Below, piece after piece: positions 7,000 to 15,223 of a stretch of DNA of 64,000 bases; positions within the stretch are counted from its first letter, which is position 1; each line of letters opens with the position of its first letter. The notes below the pieces were generated by a model. It was not told the DNA's origin and did no database searches. It saw only the letters and a list, made by a program, of their open reading frames with translations. A program made the position numbers and the translations under genes. Origin of the DNA: Dehalococcoidia bacterium (lineage in GTDB: Bacteria > Chloroflexota > Dehalococcoidia > Lucifugimonadales > UBA3495); NCBI GenBank assembly GCA_022827095.1, contig JAJDTP010000021.1:130771-194770 (forward strand). Reading direction: 5' to 3'.

Positions 7000-8934
7000 G
7001 TGACCACCCCAACCACCGCTCCGTACGGTTCCTGGCGCTCGCCGATCACCGCCGACGCCATCGTCGCCGAGTCCATCGGCATCAGCAGCGTGTCCATCGA
7101 CGGCGACGCTATCCTCTGGACGGAATCCCGTCCGTCGGAGGGCGGACGATACGTCATCGTCCGCATGGAACCCGACGGCACGGTCTCCGACGTCAATCCC
7201 GCGCCGTTCAACGCCCGCACTCGCGTCCACGAATACGGCGGCGGCGCCTGGCTCGCCGATGCCGGCACGGTCTGGTTCTCCAACTTCGACGACCAGCGCA
7301 TTTATCGCATCGAGCCGGGCGGCGTGCCGCAACCCATCACGCCGGACGCTCCGCTGCGTTACGCCGACGCCGTGCTCGACCGCGCTCGGAACCGACTCAT
7401 CTGCGTGCGTGAGGACCATTCCGACTCCGACAACATCGTGAACGCTATCGCGGCCGTTCCCGCCGACGGCTCCGGCGGGCAGACCGTCCTGTTCTCGGGA
7501 TGGGATTTCGTATCCTCACCCCGGCTAAGCCCGGATGGCTCTACCCTGGCGTGGATGTCCTGGAACCATCCCAACATGCCCTGGGACGGCACGCATCTGT
7601 GGACTGCCCCGGTGCTTGACGACGGCACCCTGGGCGAAGCCACCTTGGTCGCCGGCGGCGAAGCGGTTTCCGTGTGTCAACCCGAATGGTCGCCCGAGGG
7701 CGTGCTGCATTTCGTCGCCGATCAGTCGGGATGGTGGAACCTGTATCGCCTCGGCGGCAACGGGCCGGAGCCTCTCTATCCTGACGATGCGGAATACGGC
7801 CGTCCCCAATGGGCGTTCGGCGCCCGCGCTTACGGTTTCGCCGGCAACGGCAACATCGTCTGCGCCGTCAATCGCCAGGGATCGTGGTCGCTGAACGTCC
7901 TGAACTCAGGCGCCAAGACGTTGACACCGCTCAACATCCCGGCCGGCGAGATGGGCCGTGGAGATCTGGCCGTTTCCGGCATCACTGCCGCCGTCATCGC
8001 CGGCGACCCGCGCCGAACCATATCACTGCTTCGGGTCAACCTCCGCAGCGGGGAGTGGGACACCGTGCAGCAGTCGTCTGCGATCGACATCTCCGCGGAC
8101 TATATCTCCCCCGCACAGACCATCGAATTCCCGTCCACGGATGGCCGCCCGGCGTACGCACTGCATTATGCGCCGCGCAATCCCGAGTATGCAGCGCCCG
8201 AAGGGACCTTTCCGCCGCTCTTGACCCTTAGTCACGGGGGCCCTACGGCGGCCGCTTCCGGAGCGCTGGATCTGTCAATTCAATATTGGACCACCCGGGG
8301 CTTCGCCGTGGTCGACGTTGACTACGGAGGAAGCGTTGGGTACGGGCGGGCATACCGTCAACTGCTCAACGGCAACTGGGGCATCGTTGACGTGGACGAT
8401 TGCGCCAACGCTGCTCTCCACCTGGTACACCAGCATCTCGCCGACGGAAACCGACTGGCCATCCGCGGCGGCAGCGCCGGCGGTTACACCACCCTGGCCG
8501 CGTTGACCTTCCGCAACGTATTCGCCGCTGGCGCCAGCTATTATGGGGTCTCCGACCTCGCCGCCCTGGCCGAGGATACCCATAAGTTCGAGTCGCGTTA
8601 CCTGGACCGGTTGGTCGCTCCCTATCCAGAAGGCGCGGAAATCTATCAAAGCCGCTCACCCATCGGCCACACCGAAGGATTGTCGTGTCCGATCATCCTT
8701 TTCCAGGGCCTGGAGGATCGCATCGTTCCGCCCAATCAGGCCGAAATGATGTACGAAGCCGTGCGCTCTAAGGGTATCCCCTGCGCCTATCTTCCCTTTG
8801 AGGGCGAGCAACACGGCTTCCGCCGCGCCGAAAACATCAAGCGCGCCCTGGAAGCCGAGCTGTACTTCTACTCCCGCGTTTTCGGATTCGACCTCGCCGA
8901 CGCAGTCGAGCCGGTGCAGATCGACAACCTGTGA
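7000..8934 (+). CDS. S9 family serine peptidase (prolyl oligopeptidase/acylaminoacyl peptidase type)
   Basis: N-terminal propeller-like region, nucleophile motif GGSAGGYT, and C-terminal D..V and GEQHGF. Confidence 0.85.
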   Translation: MTTPTTAPYGSWRSPITADAIVAESIGISSVSIDGDAILWTESRPSEGGRYVIVRMEPDGTVSDVNPAPFNARTRVHEYGGGAWLADAGTVWFSNFDDQRIYRIEPGGVPQPITPDAPLRYADAVLDRARNRLICVREDHSDSDNIVNAIAAVPADGSGGQTVLFSGWDFVSSPRLSPDGSTLAWMSWNHPNMPWDGTHLWTAPVLDDGTLGEATLVAGGEAVSVCQPEWSPEGVLHFVADQSGWWNLYRLGGNGPEPLYPDDAEYGRPQWAFGARAYGFAGNGNIVCAVNRQGSWSLNVLNSGAKTLTPLNIPAGEMGRGDLAVSGITAAVIAGDPRRTISLLRVNLRSGEWDTVQQSSAIDISADYISPAQTIEFPSTDGRPAYALHYAPRNPEYAAPEGTFPPLLTLSHGGPTAAASGALDLSIQYWTTRGFAVVDVDYGGSVGYGRAYRQLLNGNWGIVDVDDCANAALHLVHQHLADGNRLAIRGGSAGGYTTLAALTFRNVFAAGASYYGVSDLAALAEDTHKFESRYLDRLVAPYPEGAEIYQSRSPIGHTEGLSCPIILFQGLEDRIVPPNQAEMMYEAVRSKGIPCAYLPFEGEQHGFRRAENIKRALEAELYFYSRVFGFDLADAVEPVQIDNL

Positions 8935-8961
8935 GGCGGCGATTAGCGAAACGCTTCTCTA

Positions 8962-9171
8962 TCACTCAGTAACAACGGCAGGACTGGAGAGTTCGATGGG
9001 ATAGTGGATAGATTCGTAGGCTTCGATGCAAGCAACCAAGGCGTCGAGTTCGATTCGGCTAGGATGGTTCTCGTCGTCGATTTGGCCGTCGGGACCCGAC
9101 AGGTCGTCCATGAGTGCAGTTACTCGCTCCAAGGCCGCGTCGTAGTCCACTTCGGTTTGGATAGGTTTCAC
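8962..9171 (-). CDS. Truncated COG5499/HigA-type antitoxin (N-terminal domain only, no HTH)
   Basis: VKPIQTEVDYDAALERVTALMD...ELDALVACIEAYESIHYPI matches the N-terminal part of long HigA-type regulators. The ORF stops before the HTH domain. Confidence 0.45.
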   Translation of the reverse strand: MKPIQTEVDYDAALERVTALMDDLSGPDGQIDDENHPSRIELDALVACIEAYESIHYPIELSSPAVVTE

Positions 9172-9232
9172 GGCTGATATTTTATGCCTCGCTGAGCTCG
9201 CAACTCTGAACACTTACCCGAAGAGAGTTGGA

Positions 9233-10417
9233 TCAGTAAGCCGCCCGCAGCACTTCCATAATCGGCCCGGCGTCCACCACCGGCTTGGGGTTGGTGCTCA
9301 GACTGCGGTCCTGCAACGTGGCCGTGGCAATATACTCCAACCCGTCCTCCGGCACTCCAACTTCGCGCAGGGTCCGAGGCAACTCCAGCTCGCGGCAAAG
9401 TTCGTCCACCGCGTCCGCGGCAGCCAACCCTGCCTCCTCGTCGGTCATCGTGGACCTGGCAACTCCGATGGCCTCGGCGATCAGACGCTGACGGTCGGCG
9501 CACGCGTCAAGGTTGTACCGCATGCTGTGCGGCAACAGGATGGCGTTGGCCTCCCCATGAGGCACGTCGTATAGCCCGCCCACGTGGTGACAGGTCGCGG
9601 TGTTCAGTCCCAGCCCACCGAAGGACGCCAGCGACGCCATGGCGCACGCGGTCTTAGTCGCCAGCAGGGTGTCGATGTCGCCATCCTTGCAACGGAGCAG
9701 GTTCTCAAAGAGCAGCCGGATCGCGTGCAGCGCCATGCCGTCGCCAATGGGGTTGTGTCCCGTGGAATACACCGTTTCGATGGCGATGCGCAGTTGACCG
9801 ATGGCTGTGGAGACCAGTATCCGCAGCGGCGTGGTCGCCAGCGCCCGCCCGTCGATGACTACCGTGCGATGGGTCACCCCGTCCCCAGCGATGCTGAGCT
9901 TGCGCCCCTGTTCGTGATCGGTGATGCCACCACCGCCCCGGCTGAACTCGGCGCACCCCATGGTGGTGGGCACGCTCACGATCGGAACCTTGGGCGACGG
10001 CGTGGGCGGCACGGTGATCTTGTCCGGCGGCTCGAAGATGATGGCGTAATCGCGGATGTCTCCGCCCTCCGCGAGCAGGACGGCGATGGCCTTGGTCGTG
10101 TCGTGGGTGCTACCCCCGCCGACGCTGATGAAGATGTCCGGCTGCGTTTCCTGCGCCATCGCCGCGCCGGCCTCCACCGTGTCCACCGGCGAATGGGGCG
10201 CCACGCCCGAGTACGTGCCCACGTACCGCGACCCCAGCGCCTCCTGGACGCGCGGCACCACGTCACACGCGCTGAGAATGGTGGGCCCGCAGGTGATCAT
10301 CGCACGGCTGGCGCCGAGGCCATCCACGGTCGCCGGCAGGTCATTTATCGCCGCCTCGTTGCAAATGATGTTCTGGTGCAGCGGATCGTATCGGTATCGC
10401 AGCGTGGAGGATGGCAT
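9233..10417 (-). CDS. Iron-containing alcohol dehydrogenase family (maleylacetate reductase-like)
   Basis: ISVGGGSTHDTTKA, and HHVGG..DVPHGEANA (metal-binding histidines). Confidence 0.85.
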   Translation of the reverse strand: MPSSTLRYRYDPLHQNIICNEAAINDLPATVDGLGASRAMITCGPTILSACDVVPRVQEALGSRYVGTYSGVAPHSPVDTVEAGAAMAQETQPDIFISVGGGSTHDTTKAIAVLLAEGGDIRDYAIIFEPPDKITVPPTPSPKVPIVSVPTTMGCAEFSRGGGGITDHEQGRKLSIAGDGVTHRTVVIDGRALATTPLRILVSTAIGQLRIAIETVYSTGHNPIGDGMALHAIRLLFENLLRCKDGDIDTLLATKTACAMASLASFGGLGLNTATCHHVGGLYDVPHGEANAILLPHSMRYNLDACADRQRLIAEAIGVARSTMTDEEAGLAAADAVDELCRELELPRTLREVGVPEDGLEYIATATLQDRSLSTNPKPVVDAGPIMEVLRAAY

Positions 10418-10440
10418 GGTGCGGACTCCTGGGCGGGTTG

Positions 10441-10638
10441 TCAGGCTGGGATTTGTTCGTAGGCAAAGTCGGGGATATCAATGCGCCGGCTGGCGTGTTC
10501 GATAGTGATGGCGCAGAGACGGCCGGTCTCGTCCAGGTCGAGCAGAGTGTTTTCATCCCAGTCGCGAGTTTCGCACACGGCATCAGGGCACAGCTCGATG
10601 TACAGCGTATCGGTGTCCGGGAAGTACTGTACTTTCAT
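10441..10638 (-). CDS. DUF2283 domain protein
   Basis: MKVQYFPDTDTLYIEL......DLDETGRLCAITIEHAS is the characteristic DUF2283 pattern. Confidence 0.75.
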   Translation of the reverse strand: MKVQYFPDTDTLYIELCPDAVCETRDWDENTLLDLDETGRLCAITIEHASRRIDIPDFAYEQIPA

Positions 10639-10783
10639 GGGCTGAATATCCCGTCAATAAAAGCGTTATGCGCCGTCTCGCCGCCGGCAAACAGGATAAC
10701 ACGCAAATACCTGCCGTCGAGTTGGGTAATCGGCCCCCATCGTCCAATACGTCCGTCCTATTCTTCCCTGACCGGATCGTCAA

Positions 10784-10993
10784 TCACCCGTTGAATCCAA
10801 TCCCAAGAGATAACCGGCCGATCAGTGCGATGGCAAGTAGGATGAAATTGTCGGTGAACCTCAGAGGGAATTTACGTCCACCAATGACGAAATGACCTAA
10901 ACCCCATTCATCCCGCCATTGGTTCACCATCTCGGTTGTAACCGTGTATCCCCTGTAGAGTATGACCTTGAAACGGTGCCACTCCAGATCCAT
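10784..10993 (-). CDS. Hypothetical small protein with C-terminal hydrophobic helix
   Basis: ATG-started part of ORF 10784..11065 in a lower-GC spacer. I recognised no family. Confidence 0.25.
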   Translation of the reverse strand: MDLEWHRFKVILYRGYTVTTEMVNQWRDEWGLGHFVIGGRKFPLRFTDNFILLAIALIGRLSLGIGFNG

Positions 10994-11113
10994 CGCCTCG
11001 ACCGTGTGACCTTCATCTCTGCCGCCAATCGCCGACCGACGGCCGGCAGGCCAATCACCAACCACTCCCGTTAGCGGAAGGGATAGGTACTCTCCCTATG
11101 GATATGCGGGGCG

Positions 11114-12811
11114 CTAATCAGTGTTGGGCGGTGGAAGCACGGCGAAGCCATGCCCCCAGGTATTGTTGGGGTCAGGAGTTTGTCGCTGTTCGGCGTGGTC
11201 TTTCAGATACTCGGCGACCTGCTCCGGGCCGTAGTGGGGGAAACGCTGCTTCACCAAGGCCGCCATGCCCACCAAATGGGGTGTAGAGCCGCTGGTGCCG
11301 CAGTACCGGCGCGGGTGAAAGCTTGCCGACTCACCACAGGTCGGTCCCACAATGTCGGGTTTGATCCGCCCATCGGGCGTGGGGCCGCGGCTGCTGTACC
11401 AGGCAATGGTGTGAATGTCTTCCCAATGGGCGGCGCCCACCGTCAGCACGCTCGGATTGGCGCTCTCTGCGGGGTTAATGATGCTGCCGCTTTCAGTATG
11501 GTGCTCGAGGCCCTGACCCCAGTAGAGCAATTGAATCCACTCAGGAACATCGCCATCCTGGCTGGATATGGCAACTTCGTACACTCCATCCCTGGGAGCC
11601 TGAAAGCGCAAGGTTTCATAGGGAACATCGCCCGCTCTTCCAGACTGTTCGCTTCTGCTGTGGGCAATGTGTTGCTGAGCGGCCGTATCCCAGATGTGGA
11701 GTTCAAGATTGCGGGACGCTGCCGCCCAGGTGTCATCCCAACGCAACTGGAATGAAGCCCTGTCACCTTCCTCCAGCGATATAGCATTGCCATCATTATT
11801 GCTGGCGAAGTCGATAAAGGTATCGCCGTCTGCATCCGAGAAAGGGGCGCGTTTGAACCAGGTGCCTGTCGCGAAATTCCCTGCTGGGACGACAAACATG
11901 ATTCCGCCGTTCACTCCCAGGTCCATCAATCCCAACGCGCTCAGGGGATCCGGTGAGGTCCCGTCTCCAGGACCTTCGAAGCGGCCGAACCCGTAGAGTG
12001 TGGCAACGGACACACCCTCTTCGACCATCCAATTGACCGTATCTCTCAGGTCCCGCTTGTTCCGTACCCTGGCAATGTAGAGTGACACACCGGGGGCTGT
12101 GTCTATAATGGTCTCCGTGGTCGCCGTACCGTGAACATCGCCATTCTCGCAATCCTTGAGGGCGCTGGAGAACACGCCACCAGCGTCCGTGTAGCATCTG
12201 ATCCCCACCGGGGATGGCAACTCCTGCCCTACGAGACCGGCGAATCCTTCAAATCCGGTTTCTATTATCCCCACCTTGACGCCTTGACCCTTGTACCCGG
12301 CCTCATGCCAGGGTAATGCGCCAACGACGTTGACTCCCTCGCTGGTGAAGTCGCCGCTTATGGGTTCTGGCCTTGCTGTCGGCGCTGGTGTCGGAACGGG
12401 CGTCTGGGTTGGTGCAGGGATAAGGGTCGGCGCCGGTGTAGGCGTGGGTGTGGCTGTCGGCGCTGGCGTAGGAACGGGCGTCTGGGTTGGTATAGCGGTA
12501 AGGGTCGGCGCCGGTGTAGGCGTGGGTGTGGCTGTCGGCATTGGCGTAGGAACGGGCGTCTGGGTTAGTGTAGGCGTAAGGGTGGGCTTGGGAGTGGGTG
12601 AGGCAGGCGACGGTGTTGCCGTAGGATTTACGGTAGCGGACAGAAAAGTGGTGGGGGGCGGCCCAACGGCTGTTACGGGTTCCTCTGTGGCCTCGCTCAA
12701 AGATTGCTCGCTGACGCAGGCGATCAGCAGGGTGGAGACCAGTGCTAGGAAGAGCAGATGGTAAACCCTTTTTGAATGCCGAGTCTTCATCGTTTTCCTA
12801 GCCCAACCCAT
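11114..12811 (-). CDS. S8 (subtilisin-like) serine peptidase, probable lipoprotein, with Pro/Thr-rich repeat linker
   Basis: Signal/lipobox LLIAC. HGTATTE (His), VPAGN (oxyanion) and GTSGSTPHLVGMAAL (Ser). The Asp-box position reads VGIIETGF. An alternative start lies at 12790. Confidence 0.85.
   Translation of the reverse strand: MGWARKTMKTRHSKRVYHLLFLALVSTLLIACVSEQSLSEATEEPVTAVGPPPTTFLSATVNPTATPSPASPTPKPTLTPTLTQTPVPTPMPTATPTPTPAPTLTAIPTQTPVPTPAPTATPTPTPAPTLIPAPTQTPVPTPAPTARPEPISGDFTSEGVNVVGALPWHEAGYKGQGVKVGIIETGFEGFAGLVGQELPSPVGIRCYTDAGGVFSSALKDCENGDVHGTATTETIIDTAPGVSLYIARVRNKRDLRDTVNWMVEEGVSVATLYGFGRFEGPGDGTSPDPLSALGLMDLGVNGGIMFVVPAGNFATGTWFKRAPFSDADGDTFIDFASNNDGNAISLEEGDRASFQLRWDDTWAAASRNLELHIWDTAAQQHIAHSRSEQSGRAGDVPYETLRFQAPRDGVYEVAISSQDGDVPEWIQLLYWGQGLEHHTESGSIINPAESANPSVLTVGAAHWEDIHTIAWYSSRGPTPDGRIKPDIVGPTCGESASFHPRRYCGTSGSTPHLVGMAALVKQRFPHYGPEQVAEYLKDHAEQRQTPDPNNTWGHGFAVLPPPNTD
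12375..12600. repeat. Tandem 78-bp repeat (about 2.9 units) encoding the PT-rich linker of the S8 peptidase
   Basis: Units at 12375..12452, 12453..12530 and 12531..~12600. The first two are near-identical and each encodes 26 aa (PTATPTPTPAPTLTAIPTQTPVPTPA). Confidence 0.85.
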
Positions 12812-13368
12812 CGTATTGGGCGTGGCGGGCAGCTATATGCCGTGGAACTGTGTCATCCAGCGCGGGAAGGCCGATGGGCCAACCGGATCGGCCGGAAGGG
12901 CAAGTGCAATCATCCTGGATCGTGGGCGTCAAGTTCTGCGTCGTACTCAACAAGTTCGGCTTGGTGGCTGATTGAAAGTGCGCCACTGCCAACGTCCATG
13001 ACGGAACCTTCCAGTCCTTGTTCGCTCACTATGCCGGTCAAATATCATCTTGCCGGACACCGGATTTCACCGTGCCAAAGACGACTCGACCAACCTCAAG
13101 ATATGACGTCGCGGCCAGTGGAACGGGCAAATGATTGTGGAGACCTTCTCGCCATGATCTCCGCGGTATGGAATACCAAAGAGATGCGGCGCCTAGTATA
13201 GGTTGGTTTCCAAGATCACCAAGCTTACGCTATCGCTCCATTCAACATCCTGGCGCAATGGCATAGATTGGATGCTGACCACCAAGGACGGGTGCGCCTC
13301 TCCATTGTTCAATTCAGCCTCAGAACGCTAACTAGCGTCAATGGCTAGTATTGCCATACCAACACTGC

Positions 13369-13887
13369 CTACTGATTCAACCCCCTCTGCATTCCCCGCA
13401 GGTACCCGGCCTGCCCGCCGTGCTGGTTCACTTCCCAGATGAGCAGGCGGAACATGTCCGCGACGGCCATGCTCTCCCCCCGACGGTTGGTCATCTGCGT
13501 GCTCACCAGCGACTCATCGTCGTGGCCGTCCAGGAATTCCAGCAGGTTGTTTCGCACCGCGTCGGCGTACTCCATCAGTAGCGCTTTGCCTGGACACTTC
13601 CAGCTGGTCAGGTCTTCCACTGTGTAACCAAACCCCACGTTCATCGGTTCCGGTTCGAACCCCAGCCGCTGCGCCCACTCACGCTCGTAGAGTTGCTGTT
13701 CCTGCTTGGCTAGGGACTGCACCCACATGTCGAGGGCGCGCCCGTAGTGCCACACGATGAAACCGATGGAGTGGCACTGCTCGTTGGGCGTAAACTCGAT
13801 TTCCTCCTGAGTCAGCCCGTCCACGTATCGGACTAGCCACTCCCAGTTGGCGTCGAACGACTCCTTGATGAATTCTTTCAGTGCCAT
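13369..13887 (-). CDS. DinB-family (DinB_2) protein
   Basis: SFDANWEWLVRYVDGLTQEEIEF.P...HSIGFIVWHYGR and a C-terminal HGGQAGYLRG. Confidence 0.8.
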   Translation of the reverse strand: MALKEFIKESFDANWEWLVRYVDGLTQEEIEFTPNEQCHSIGFIVWHYGRALDMWVQSLAKQEQQLYEREWAQRLGFEPEPMNVGFGYTVEDLTSWKCPGKALLMEYADAVRNNLLEFLDGHDDESLVSTQMTNRRGESMAVADMFRLLIWEVNQHGGQAGYLRGMQRGLNQ

Positions 13888-13905
13888 GTTCCCTCCGGTT
13901 GACCG

Positions 13906-14886
13906 TCACGTCGTCCAGACCGGCCGCCGCTTTTCCAGGAACGCCGATATGCCCTCCTTGGCGTCATCGGCCAGGAGGTTGTCGACCATCACCTTGCTGG
14001 CAAACTGATACGCGGAAGGCCGGTCCATCTCGATCTGTTGGTAGAAAGCGGCTTTACCCAACGCCAGCGTGTGCGCGCTCGCCGAGGCAATCTGCCGCGC
14101 CAACTCATCAACCTGCTCCTCCAGCTCATCGGCCGGAGCAATCCTGCTGATCAAGCCGAACTCCAGGGCTTCCTGCGCGGAGATCGGTTTGCCGGTCAGC
14201 AGCATTTCCATCGCCTTTTTCGGCATCACCGAACGCGCCACCGCCACGCCCGGCGTGGTGCAGAACAGGCCGATCTGCACGCCTGGCGTGGCGAACGCCG
14301 CGGTGTCTGCCGCCACCGCAATGTCGCAGGTGGCTACCAACTGGCAACCCGCCGCCGTGGCCAGACCCTGGACCTGAGCGATCACGGGTTTCGGCAACAG
14401 CCTGATGGCTTCCATCACCCGCGTGCAGGCTTCGAACACCGCCGTATATTCGGCCTCTTCGCCGTTTACCAACTCATTCAGGTCGTGCCCCGAACTGAAC
14501 ACCGGCCCCTCCGAACGGATGACCACCACGCGGGCGTCGGGGTCGTTCGCAATCCAATCCAGCCATTCTTCCAACGCCGCCAGGGTGCGCGAAGACAACA
14601 CATTGCGCTTTTTGGGGTTGGTCAATGTCAGGACGGCGATACCGTCCTGTGCCCAGTTGTAGTCAACCGTCAGCGGTTCGTATTCTTCCGGCTTGGCCGG
14701 GCGAACCTGCGTGCGTTCCGTATAGGCAACCGCGATGGTATTGCCGGCCGGGGAGAAGAACTCAACCATGTAAGCTTCCGCGCCGGGGAAAACGTGAACT
14801 ACCGTCCCTCTCTTACCGGCTTTCAAACCGTGCTCCAACAAATCATCGGTTAGCACGATGATGTCATGCTCTTCAATCACAATCAC
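13906..14886 (-). CDS. DUF4926 domain fused in frame to an enoyl-CoA hydratase/isomerase (crotonase) domain
   Basis: The N-terminal ~65 aa (MIVIEEHDIIVLTDDLLEHGLKAGKRGTVVHVF.GAEAYMVEFF) match DUF4926. The remainder (GIAVLTLTNPKKRNVLS, FSSGHDL, QGLATAAGCQL) is crotonase-like. No ATG/GTG/TTG lies between the two domains. Confidence 0.8.
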   Translation of the reverse strand: MIVIEEHDIIVLTDDLLEHGLKAGKRGTVVHVFPGAEAYMVEFFSPAGNTIAVAYTERTQVRPAKPEEYEPLTVDYNWAQDGIAVLTLTNPKKRNVLSSRTLAALEEWLDWIANDPDARVVVIRSEGPVFSSGHDLNELVNGEEAEYTAVFEACTRVMEAIRLLPKPVIAQVQGLATAAGCQLVATCDIAVAADTAAFATPGVQIGLFCTTPGVAVARSVMPKKAMEMLLTGKPISAQEALEFGLISRIAPADELEEQVDELARQIASASAHTLALGKAAFYQQIEMDRPSAYQFASKVMVDNLLADDAKEGISAFLEKRRPVWTT

Positions 14887-15221
14887 CTCTCACGGGGATA
14901 AGCGCTGATAAGCCTGGGAACATCGCTGCCGTGGTCATATATCCAAACAGTTCTCACACACGGATTGCGCTCGTCCGGGGTATTCAGAATACCATCAACG
15001 GTGCAAACTGGCCCGTGTGGAGTTTCGGTGACGGAGGTGACTTCATGGCTTGCTCCATGAATCCGGAGAGCCTCTGCCAAGATCCACCACTGCTCCCGGT
15101 TGAAACCGAATTGGAGCAGATACTTGGCTTTGCTGCCACCATCAGCATGCTCAAGCGCAAGCAGATAGTCCCTGGCTTTCGCTACTTGAACCCAGGCGTT
15201 CTCGGCGTTCGTCAGTCTCAT
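14883..15221 (-). CDS. DUF6883-like protein
   Basis: ATG 15221 lies directly after the acyl-CoA dehydrogenase stop. ARDYLLALEHADGGSKAKYLLQFGF......TVWIYDHGSDVPRLISAYP resembles DUF6883. The stop overlaps the next start by 4 nt. Confidence 0.6.
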   Translation of the reverse strand: MRLTNAENAWVQVAKARDYLLALEHADGGSKAKYLLQFGFNREQWWILAEALRIHGASHEVTSVTETPHGPVCTVDGILNTPDERNPCVRTVWIYDHGSDVPRLISAYPRER

Positions 15222-15223
15222 GC

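Noticed and set aside
12375-12600. The tandem repeats, and the dispersed palindromic repeats elsewhere, as a possible CRISPR array.
   Set aside because: The 78-bp units are contiguous, with no spacers, and lie in frame inside the S8 peptidase gene. The palindromic families are single dispersed copies, not repeat-spacer arrays. No cas genes were seen.
12812-13368. A 557-bp lower-GC gap between the S8 peptidase and DinB genes, inspected in all frames for small TA or other genes (ORFs 12776..13201+ and 12798..12992-).
   Set aside because: The translations show no recognisable family and poor codon bias. It may hold decayed remnants, but nothing I can support as a feature.
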